Source: Ascoidea asiatica JCM 7603 (lineage: Eukaryota > Fungi > Ascomycota). From it: DNA of 64,000 nt. Under the pieces are notes generated by a model, which was not told the origin of the DNA, ran no database searches, and saw only the letters and a list, made by a program, of their open reading frames with translations. Each line of letters starts with the position of its first letter. The stretch's first letter is position 1. Of the stretch, positions 44,629 through 56,900 are shown in pieces. Position numbers and translations under genes: made by a program. The stretch is from contig BCKQ01000005.1 of NCBI GenBank assembly GCA_001600695.1, forward strand, positions 983,820 to 1,047,819. Reading direction: 5' to 3'.

Positions 44629-47504
44629 TCATCGCACAGGTTTGACTGTGTTTGTCGGTATTTCTTTAAAGCTTTCAAGTTCAAAATCTGTTGGCCATGG
44701 CCATGAAAATATTGAAGTATCTTCAATTTTGGCAAGTTTTTCAGTAAATGCTTTAGCTTCATTGTCATCATCCTCATCATCATTTCCAGTTTTTTTGTTT
44801 TCGTCGTTCTCATTTAAATCTTCTTTCCAGCCCAGTTTATTAGAATTTGAATTATTGGAGCATTCAACTTCACTAATATCTTCAAGTTTAGGTTTCTTTG
44901 AATTTTCTATTATATGCCTTAAGAGACTCTTAGAGTTTTCATCAGGTAATAAATTCAAAAAATTAAGTAATTCTTCTTTATTTGGTACATAAGAAAGATT
45001 TTCCCACCATTCAATTAAGTCTATTAATTCTTCAAGATAATTATATTTACATAATAATTTCATATATGATATCCATAATTGACTATTTGGAATTAAATAA
45101 TCAACTAATTCAATATCATTTTCATTTTTGATTTCAAAAAAAAAATTATTTTCATCCAATATTTTCTTATTTTTTTCTCCAGATTTTTTATCAATCTTTT
45201 TTGTTTTTTTAACATATTTTTTAAACTCTTGAATAGCAATTTGAAATGCATAATTATTTCCCCAAACTAAAAATCCATTTGAAGGATCATATCTACCAGT
45301 AAAATTACTTTCATGCTCAAGATCACTAATCATCTTATTATTAATTTTCCAATCATTTGAATTATCAATATTTTTAACATGCATTGATGCAATGATTAAT
45401 GAAAGTAAACATCTATTATCTGGTAATTTGTTTTCAATAATATTCTTAGATTTTGATTCAAATAATAAATATCGATAATATTTATATATATTCTCTGGAT
45501 TTAAATAAGCTTCACCTTTTAATAAAATTCCAATTATTGTTATAGAAGGATCTTCAATATTTTTGAAAATATTTCTAATATAATCAAGATTTGATTGATA
45601 GTACTTTAAAGAATTATTTTCATTTTCAATATTCTTTTCATTTTCATCGAAAGTTTCATCACGAAATTCATCAAAAGTTTCAAAATCTTTTTCATTGAAA
45701 AGAAATAAATTAGATTTAGAATCTAAATTTTTTTTTAATAATTCCTGTTTTTGGTGTTTTAATAATGAATAATATTTTCCAAAAATTGCTGCTAAAATAA
45801 TATTGGAAGAAATTTGATTGAAGTTAAAGATTTTTTTAATTAATTTTTTAACTTCAATAAAATTCAATTTTTGAATAATTTTTATGATTATTTGAATCGA
45901 AGAAGTTGATAAATCATCTTTAATAAAATCAAGATTTATTCTATCATTTAATATATGATTCAATATAATTTTTAAACTATTTTTATTCAAATTTTCAAAC
46001 TCATTCAATTTTATTAATATTGCATACCAAATAATTGGAGATTTTTTTAAATTATTTGTAAAAGACCACTCTAATTTTTTTAAAAATCCAATTGAATTTA
46101 TTATAAAATTCATGTTAATTAATAAATCATTTTCATTTGATGTTAATAATACTTTTGTATAAAAAAAATTTTCAATAATTGTATAAAAATTTTTATTTTT
46201 TTTTAATTCATTGAAATTATTCATTAGTTCAATTTCTGCTTTTTCAAATAAAAAATTTGCTTTTAATTTTGAAATATAAAATAAAGAATTTGATAAACCA
46301 AGATATCCTTGAATATTAAGATATGAGAAATTATTGATTTCCTTTTTTTTTATTTCAGATTTTGATTCTGATTTTATTGAATTTTTGTTAATTAAATCTT
46401 TATCTTTATTAAAAATTCTATTTTCTTTGGGTAACGTATTCATAAAATTTAAAATATAATATTGAGCTTTAACCGTATAATAAATATTATCAATTTTAAT
46501 TTTATCTTTATTATTTGGAATATTTTGAAAATTTGTATTTAAAGAAGATAAATATAATATTAAATCATTTAAAATTTCTAAAGAACATGAATTTTTTGAA
46601 TTATTTAAACTTTTAGATAAGATTATTTGAAAATTTTGAAATTGATTAAAACGACTAGATAAATATAAAATATGATTTAATAAGTTTAAATTTAAAGTTG
46701 AAGTATTAATATTATTACTTAAATAATTATTCAAATAAAAATTGAGTAAATTATTATATTGAATTAAATTTTTTGGAATTCTTAAAATTAGATTAATTGA
46801 AATAAAACTTGGAATATTGATAATGAATTTTTTTTTAATTTTTGATAAACTTAATAAAGATTTTGAAATTGATAAATTTGATAAAGAATCAATATAAATT
46901 AATAAAGTTTTAAAATTTATAAATTTAAATAAATTTGGATGAGATCTTATTAAAATCAAAGATATTTTCAAACAATTATATTGATCAGATTTTTCAATAT
47001 TTTGTTTAAGTTCAAGAATATTATTTGTTTTATAATTATAATAATTAATCAAATGATTCAATTGAGAAATATTTTTTTTATCATTTAATTTTTCAATTAA
47101 AGTATTATATTTTGAAGTATTATTTGTATAGTTTAAATTTTTTTTTTTTAAAGTATTTTGAAATTGAATTGAATAATTTAAATGAAATTTTAAAAAATTT
47201 AATAAACTTTTATTAAATTGATTTAAATTATTAAAATAAATTGAAATATTATTATTAATATTGTTATTTGAAATGAAGAATAAAGAATAAAAAATGATTG
47301 TAATGATTGATTGTTGATTTAAATTTTTATAATTGATTGTATTGAAATTTTCATTAAAAGATAAATTAAGTAAATAATTTTGATTATATAAATTTTTTTT
47401 TTTATAAATTTCAAAAATTTTTAAAAACATTAAATAATTTAAAAATGATTGATTTATATTAAAATTTATTAGCTTTTTTTTAATTGAAAGATTACTATTA
47501 TTAC

Positions 47505-47535
<31 letters not shown>

Positions 47536-47853
47536 TGAAATTGAATCATTTTTTTTTTTTAAATAATTTTTTGATAAATCTTTAAATGAAAATGAGAAGG
47601 AAAATGAATTTAAATTCGAATTTATATTTAAATAATTATTAATATTAATTTTTGAAAATTTATTTGAATTTAAAATACTTAATAAATTTGATTCAAATAT
47701 TGGAGATTCATTTGAATGATTATTTAAATGATTATTTAAATGATTATTTGAATAATTATTGAAGGAATGAATTGAATTTATTCTTGAATATTTATTTACA
47801 TTTATAAGATGAATATTCTTTTGAAAAGAATGAATATTAAAAAGTTTATTCAT
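44629..47853 (-). CDS. Uncharacterised 1074-aa protein, probably mitochondrial and helical-repeat (PPR-like)
   Basis: Long ORF with an acid-poor presequence-like N-terminus, amphipathic helical segments and a Trp-rich C-terminal block (PNSQLWISYMKLL...LIEWWE...WPWP). The function is inferred. Confidence 0.65.
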
Positions 47854-49897
47854 AATCTAAACATATTTTTATAATAAATTCATCATTATCTGAGATATAT
47901 CTATATACAAGTGATGATTATGATTATGATTATGATTATAATTATGATTATGATAATGATAATGATAATGATGTTAAAGATAAATATTCAATAAATTATT
48001 CAATTGATTTTTTTAAAAAGGTAGAGTAAGTAAGTTAATTAATCAGTAATTGATAGATTAGTATTCATTATTTTTCTAATTTTCAGATTCCAATATTTTG
48101 ATTCAAACTTTGAAAAATATACTTTTTACTCTTTATTTCATTATTGTCTCTACGGTTATTATTGGTCAAAGTGAAAAAATCAAATATAAAACAATAAGCA
48201 CCATCAAACTGGTCTCTACTACGGATTAGGGCTCTATAAAATTCATGTGACTTTTTGTTCAAAAAAAAATTAAAAACATTGGTGTGTCCTAAATTTATTT
48301 TTCATTCTTCCTTTTTTGTTTTTTCGGGTGTTCCTCAAAATTGAAAAAATTCCCAAACATTAAACTTCCTCCACCAAGCTGAGAATTTCGCGTTGTATTA
48401 TTGCAAAACGCAATATTGCGGAAGTCGATATTGTACGCATCGTTATCGAGAATAAATTAGCAGCGCAGTTTCAACGCACCTACGGTAAAGATAATAAATT
48501 CTCATAATTATCTCAATATAAATCTTACTGATAATATTACAGTGGTTACTAAGTAACGTTATCTTAAATTATAGGTTTCAAAAACAAACTGCCAAGCATA
48601 CTTGATCAATTTAATTCTTTTTGTTAGAAAACCGAAAGAGCATTTACCACTATTTTCGAAATAATTGGAAGTTTTTTTTTTCAATTACTAACTCCAATCA
48701 AAACTGATTTGATTGGTTTTCTAAAAGATAACGATACCATACACTCTTCAATCAAATTCAATTAATATCATATTATTAAATATTTATCTATTTTGGAATT
48801 CAAACAGACTAATTGAGTTTTTTGATAAGGGGTGTACATCGTTATTCGCCTACCCACTCCAAGAATAATAAGAATTGGTAAATTGTTAGCTTATGATCTC
48901 ACTTTCATATTAATCTAAAAAAATTAGTTGAATTATAAATATATAAATATATCAGAAAATTGGTATTTAACTTTTTCAATTATTATTATTATTTTCTTGG
49001 TGGGGTGTAAAAGCAGTAAAGTTATAAAAAAAACAATAGTTTGAAACCATTTTACTTTTGTGATTTTTTTAAACGGAGCTGTTCGGCCCGGCGGTGAGTG
49101 CGCTGAAGATGTTTTGTATTGCGTTGAGCTCTCACCTTAGCACGAGCGCAGCGCCTCGTCCAAGGCAGCGTTGAAAAACAGTGGCGAAATAGATCCATAT
49201 TCTGCGTTGCGTTTATGTTGTCTTGGCAAATATCAAAACAGCAGCCAGGAACAAACCCCCACTGGCAGCATTCTACCGCCGTGTACCTTGCTAGACCTCC
49301 GTTTAGAAGTGTTGCAAAAACTGGTTGACAGGTATGGAAGCCAGTCGTGTGCGCGATGGAAGTTTTCCTGGCTTGTTGAAGTGTTGCTGAGATGTATGGA
49401 AGGGAAACAAGCTGCAATAAAGCCTTTTGGATTTTTAGACATTTCGAAAATTTATTCCGCTTATAAAAACACCATCAAAAAATGAATAAAAGTAGAAAGG
49501 CTGAAGTGAAGTAACTGAAAAAAATAGTTGCAATTCAATTGTTTTCATTCATTTTGTTTTGAGAGCTTGATTCTTTTATCGATTTTGATCTTGTGCTGCT
49601 GTGCTGCTGTGTTTAAGTACATTTTAGTCACTTGAGCCAGCTGCTTTTTTTCCATTGTTCCAGTCAGCCTACTGCACGGGTCCCAACTCCAGTTTGTTTC
49701 CCGTCTGTTTGCAGTAAAGTTAACAGTAAAGCCAACAGTTAATTAACAGTTAATTAACAGTTGAGTCTTTTACTGCTTTTCCGTTTTCAGCTCACTTCGC
49801 ATCCTCAAAACTCGATACTTTCGAGTATTTCAGTTTCCTTAGTTCTTTTGAGTCTCTTGAGTCTTGCGATACTATTTCACTCATATCTAATCACTCT

Positions 49898-49899
<2 letters not shown>

Positions 49900-49936
<37 letters not shown>

Positions 49937-50010
49937 TCATTGTTTCTTCTTCTTTTCTTTTTCTTTGTTCTTTTGTTCTTTTGTTCTTTTGTTCTTTTGT
50001 TCTTTTGTTC
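49900..50010. repeat. (TA)n tract followed by a (TTCTTTTG)n array upstream of the VTC5-like gene
   Basis: Directly visible simple repeats. Confidence 0.9.
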
Positions 50011-50149
50011 ATAACTCAGAATATTCAAATTCATAAACAATATCATTCCTTCATCATTCATTCATCAAATTTACTCATAGACATTATTCAAATTATTCAA
50101 ACTACTCAAATTACTCAAAACTATTAATGAATAAATAATTATAAAAATA

Positions 50150-50405
50150 ATGATTAAGAAATCAGATTTTAAAAAATTTCAAGTTGAAATTTGGAAAAAT
50201 TATTCAATTGATATAAATCAATTAAAGAAAGATATAAATAAATTATTTAAAAATTTAAATAATTTAATAATAAATTATAATTTAAATTCTTCAAATTCTA
50301 CAAATTCTTTAAATTCTTTATTATCTTCATCATCAGATTCAACAAATACTTCAAATTCTTTATTTACTTCAAATACTTCAAATTCTTTCATAAATCATTA
50401 CATTC

Positions 50406-50439
<34 letters not shown>

Positions 50440-50618
50440 CAACAATACTTTAGATGATTTAATTGATCAAGTTTTATTGAAATTCATTCAAAACTTCTCA
50501 AAGAATTATTTATCTAATTTATTATTATTCATAAATTTAAAATTATTTGAATTTAATAAAATTTTAAATTTAAATGATATTAAAAATAAAAATAATTCAA
50601 AAACTAATAATATCAATG

Positions 50619-50659
<41 letters not shown>

Positions 50660-53545
50660 GATAATTTAATATCAAATTTATTCAATTTATTAAAAAAATC
50701 AAATAATCTAATAATTTCAAATACTAAAATTAATAAAAATTTAACCGCCGATACAAATATCTCAAATAATTATGATAATAATGATATTAATAATAATTTT
50801 TATAAAAATTTAAAAAATTTTGAAAATTTAAAAGAAAAAAATAATTTATTAAAAAAAAAATATACTTCTTTATTAAATTTATATTCTTTAAATTATTTTA
50901 ATGATATTTTAAATGATTTATTCTTAAATTTAAATCAATTTATCAATTTTAATATAAATTTAATTTATTATTATTTATTCTTTTATTTTTTTAAAAAATT
51001 ATCAAATTTTAATAATATTAATAATATTAATAATATTAATAATATTAATAATACTAATAATTATATTTTTTCATTTACTAAAAAATTTAAAATTTTAAAT
51101 AATTTTCATCTATTTTTATTTAATTCAAATTTAAATAATTCAATAATTAATAATATCTTTAAAAATACAATTTATTCAAATCAATTCACTTCAAATTCTA
51201 ATCAAATTAATTCAATCATTAATCAAAATAATATAATAGCCAATAATAATAACAATAATAATAATAATAAAGAATCAAATTTATTAGTTATAAATTTATT
51301 AGATTATTCAAATCTTTTAGAATTTATAAATAATTTAATAAATAAAATTTCTTATAATTTATTAATCTCAGATAATAAAATTTTTTTAAATTCAAATAAT
51401 CAATTAAAATTCAATTTAAATTATTATCCAGTTAACTTAAATAATAATTTATATTCAAATTTAAATAATTTTAAAAAATTTGATTTAGATTCAATTATAA
51501 ATATTCCTTTAAATTTAAAATCAACTAAAAAATTCTTAATTCATAATAATTTCTTATTAAATTTAAATTTATATTTATCTAAAAATTTTAAACTTTTATC
51601 AATCAATAATGATAATAATCAAAGTAATCAAATTACTAAATCAAGTGAAAATATTCCTTTAGATGATTTAAAACTTAAATTTAATCATATATTATCAGAT
51701 TTAAAAAATAATACTACCAATAATAATAATAATAATAATAATAATCAGGATTCATTATCAATAACTTCATATAAATCCTATGATTCTTTAATTCAAGATA
51801 TTTACCCATTTTTTTTAAACTCATATTCATATCCAGATAATAACTCTAATAAATACAATGATTCATATAATTCTTCTTTATTAATGGCAATAATTGGAAA
51901 TTTATCTTTATATGCTTCACTAAATATCTCAAATGAAATTTTATTTGAATTTTTAAATTTAATTGAAAAAAAATTCGATTTAAATTCAAATTCAATTCCA
52001 AATGATGAAATTAATAAATTATTTGAAAAATATAACTCAATTCCAATTTATCATAAAACTTTATTAATTAAAATTTCAAATTTATATAATTCAATTAATA
52101 TTAACTATAAAATTAAATTTAATCTAAAAAGAAAAAGATTTATTTCAAATAATATATGTTTCAATTATAATTTAAATCCAATTAAAAAATCAAAATTTTC
52201 AAAATTTTATATAAATTTAGATTCAAATATTAATTTGAATTCTTTATCTAATTTATATCAAGAAACTGAAACTAATGATAAAAATTTTAATGCTAAAGTT
52301 AAAAATTTCCCATATTCTTTACTTGAAATTAAATGGGACTCAACTTTACCTGTACCACAAGAAGTTGAAGATTTATTAAAATTTGAATATTTATATCAAA
52401 TTGATTCTCAATTTAATTTAACTGATTTTTTTATTACCACTAATTTAAATTCAAATCAATTCATTGATTTATCAAATTATTATAACTCAATTCTAAAAAA
52501 TTTAAACTTAAACTCAATAACAATAAATAATGCTTATGATAAGAATTTTAAGAGAAAATTAACTGAAAAAAAAAATTATAAAAAAGAAATTGCTTATCAT
52601 AAAGATACATTAACATCTTTAGATACAAAATGTGGTAGTTATTGGAATGAGTTTGATAATACTTCGGAATATGGTGACAATACCCCAATAACATCTCTTA
52701 ATACAATTCCATCTAAATTTAATAATAAGTCTTATAATAATAATAAAAATAATAATTCAAATTTTTTAGATGAAGAAAATAATCCAGGTGATTATTACTA
52801 TAGAGAAGATGATGATTCTTCTATTTTTTTAACAGAGTCAAGAGTAAATTATATTGTTGATCTTTCAAATACATTAAACTCTAAATGGAATTATGCATCT
52901 GGTTATTTAAAAGAAAAACTTTTCAGTTATGATAATTCCTCTAATACCAATGTTTTTCAAAATAGTACAAATCCTAATTCTATTTTTGAACGTACTCATT
53001 TACTCAGTAATCAATCCTCTAGAAATTATCTAAATGATGCTGAATCTGATGATTTAGTTTCAATAATCAATAAAGATCAGGCTAATATTTCTCATCCTGA
53101 CTCAAACAATTCTCATACAAAATACTCTTTATCCAACACAACCAAAAATATTCACTCTAGTAATAATAACAATTACGGTTCCTTATCATATAGATCCCAG
53201 GATAAGGATGACTATGAGCTTTATAAAAACACAAACTTTGATACTGTTGTTACTTTTTTATATTCTGCAGCTTTCACTTTGGCTTTATTAATGACCAGTA
53301 TATCTTTTGGAATTCTTGTCGCTGTTGTTTATAACGACGATTTTGATAAAAATGATTCAAACTCTCCATTTATTTTAAGTGTTATTTTTATTGGTCTTTT
53401 TTTCTCTCTTTTATTATCTATTGTCTCCATTTGTTTACTGTTGATCAGGAAAACACATGCTCCTTATTGGCATGAAGCTTTAATATGGGGCCTTTTTACT
53501 TTAGTGACTTTTATAATTATGGTTGTTTTAACAAGCTTGATTTGA
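50150..53545 (+). CDS. VTC5: Vtc5-like regulator of vacuolar polyphosphate synthesis (degenerate SPX, VTC-like domain, 3 TM)
   Basis: SPX-like start (QVEIWKNYSIDINQLKKDI), FPYSLLEIKW, YWNEFD and three C-terminal TM helices. Confidence 0.78.
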
Positions 53546-53945
53546 AATAAATTGCTTTCACGTTGATATTTTTTTTTAAAAAATTATTACGAATGCTTCA
53601 CCATTAATTACAAAGAATTTTTTTTTTGCTTTACTTCTAGATTCATTCATGCTATTATCTCATAGACTTTTTTTACATTGATTTTTTAATTTTTTTTTTC
53701 ATTTCTTTTCAAAGCAGGGGTTATACTTTTCAAAGTACATTTTTTAATCTACATTATATAGGAAATATAGGTAATATAACAGATAATCATTCATAACAAA
53801 CAAAAATAAAAAAGATGGATTTGGTTAATACATAATCATCAAATGCACAATTATATTAATACAATAAAAAATATTTATAAATTCAGATTTTTGAATGAAC
53901 AAAAGAAGAAAGAAGAAAGAAGAAAGAAGATTGAATAAAATAAGA

Positions 53946-56900
53946 TCACAAAGCCTTATTTTTCAAGGTGATGCTTTTCGTCATATTATCCACTTTATAT
54001 ATACCAACTAGCTGTTGAGCAAGCTCAAACATATTATTTCTCAACGAAATAACAACAAACTGTGCATTTTTGGTTCTCTCTTTTATATAATTTGCAACAA
54101 TAGACACATTTCTAAAATCAAGAGCTGCATCAATTTCATCCATGACATACAATGGAGTGGGCTTATATCTGTGTAATGCAAACACTAAAGCCAATGAACT
54201 TAAAGTTTTCTCACCTCCAGATAAATTAGAAATCTTTTTCCAAGATTTCTTTGGAGGCATTACAGCAAATTCAATTCCTTCTGAAAATGGATCTAAACTA
54301 TCCACTAATTCTAGTTCGGCATTACCACCCATTGTTATCAATTGGTACATTTCTTTCAAAGCAGATGAAATGATTTTAAATCCTTTCATAAATTCATCGT
54401 ACCTTCTTTTCTTTAAGTCTTCTGCTAATTTCTTGTGATTATCTCGCTCAAGAATGGATGTATTCAAATCTGTTTTTCTATTCTGATACTCTCTGGCTCT
54501 TCTGCCATATTCATTTAAAATTTCAACATCTACATTGACATTATTGATAAACTCTTCTAAGCCCGAAATTTTTTCTTGTAGATCATCAATGTTCACTCCT
54601 TCCATTTCTTCAGGAGTAAGTTCAGGAAGCTCTGTATCTTCAAGATCTTGCAATATTTTATTAGTGGTTAATACATCATTAGAGTCTTCCTCTTCATTTT
54701 CTTCTTCCTCTTCACTTTCTGCCTCTACCATTACTTGATCGCCATCCTGGTCAACGTTATCTTGGTTCTTCTTATTTTTGCTGGTTTCTTCGTCGTCACT
54801 GTTGTTATCTACATCGTCTTCATCATCATCGGATATATTAAGGACCTCTTCCTCATTTTCTTCATCATCATCAATTCTGGTACGCTTCCTTTGATTTTTC
54901 TTAGAAAGCTTTTTACTTTTGTTAAAAGATGTAGCTTCTTCATCTCTTAACCAGTCAATCAAATATCCGACATCCTTTAACTCTAGTGAGTTGTACTTTT
55001 CCATTAAAATTTTAATACCTTTAGTTTCATGACGAAGGAAAGATTCGGCCTTTTCAACTTTGTTTTCGAACTCAATTGTTGCTGATTTCATTTCATTAAT
55101 CTTTTCATTTCTTGACTCCAAATCTGTTTTAAGTTCTTCCATTTCTTGAGAACGTTCGTCCTTTGATTCTTCCAATTTGGTTAATTCAGTTTCAATATCA
55201 ATTAGAGCTTGCGATTTTCCGGAATAATTTTGAAGTAAATTATTTAGCTCTTCTTTGGAAAATTCAATTTCTCTTTCATTTGTCGCTATTGATTTTTCAT
55301 TTCTTTTGAGCTCATTTTGTAATTTTTTGCTAAAAAGCAAAGCAGCAGCTTTTTTCTCATTCAATATTTCAAGTCGCTGATTAATACCATCTACTTCAGA
55401 TTTCTGTGTTTTCATTTCAAGACCACCGGCGTCCATGATCTTTTGTTCTAGTTCCTGTATTTCCTCTTCTAAAGAGCTAGATTGAGATTTTAGATCTTCT
55501 AGCTCATTTTCACGTTTTTTCAAATCTTGCTCAGCTTGTTTTATATCATTATCGAATTTAATTTTAGAGCTTTTGTTACTTTCTTGGTGATCTTTAATCT
55601 GTTTTTTACAAGAGTCAAGTTCTACTGAATTTGATTCAATTTCCATACCGATTTTTGACATTTCTATTTCAATAATAGGTTGCCTCTCTTGAAATTCTTT
55701 TAGAGCATTTTCTAATTGAACTAATGTTCTATAACCATTTTCATAGATATTTTCTTTTTCTGCAAGTTTATCTTCCAACTTTTTAACTTCTTCTTCTGAA
55801 ATAAAAGCTTTCTGACGTTTTGATGTATTCATAGAACCTTTATTCACGGAATTACCACCACCAGAAAGAGTACCTGATTTATCAATTAATTTTCCGTCTA
55901 ATGTAACAACTCTAAATCTTCTTCTTCCATAAGCAGCCCTGTTTGCTTGTTTCATTTCGTTGGCAACTAATGTATCCTGCATAACACTATAAAAAGCAGG
56001 ACGAAATTTATCTTCTGCTGGAGTAATCAAATCAAATAATCTAGGAATATTTTCAGGAGTTTCAATTGGATTAAGATTAAAATTTCTTAACTTGTCTAAA
56101 CAAATAAATCTAGAGTAGCCAAGATTGTTTTTCCTAAGATATTCGATACATTGTTGTCCTACTTCAACTGTCTCAACAACCATATCATTAAGAGAAGGGC
56201 AGGCCGTTGATACTGCTACATCATATTTATCATCGATTCTTCCAAGATCACCAAGTCTACCATGAAATCCTTCGAGTCTTCCACTTTGTTTAAGTCTCAT
56301 TAGTCCCGTTAACACTTTACTTCTGTTTGTAAAATTATTTACAGAGAAACGAGATTCTTGAGCTCTTTGACGGAGATTAGATATTTCAGCTTTAAGTTCA
56401 TTGGCTTGCTCTCTTCCTACATGGCACTGTTGGGTACCAACTTCAACTTCTTTCAGATTATGAACTTTTTCTTTTTTCAATTTAGTTAATTGTTGTTCTT
56501 TCTGTTTACCATTTTCAATAATTTCTTCAATTTTGACTTCTAACTCTTCAATTTCACTGTCCAACCCATTTTTTTGTTCTTTGAGCATTTGAAGCTGAGA
56601 TTTTGTCACCTTGATTTGAGAATTCTTTTTCTCAAGTTTTTCATTCCAAGGTTGTAGTTGTCTCTGGAGAATTTCAATTTTATCAGTAAATACTTTTGTT
56701 TTATTAGCTAAGGCGACCTTAATTGTTTCTAGTTTTGCAGTTTCAGTTTCTAATCTTTCCTTCAATTCTTGCAGCTCTTTCTCAAATTCTTCTTGCTCCT
56801 TTGTTATTTGCTCAAGTCTGGTTTGATTTCTCCCTATGGAATTCCGAGCGTTATTTAAAATTCCATCCGATTTCTTGATTTTCTTTTCTAAATGTTTTTT

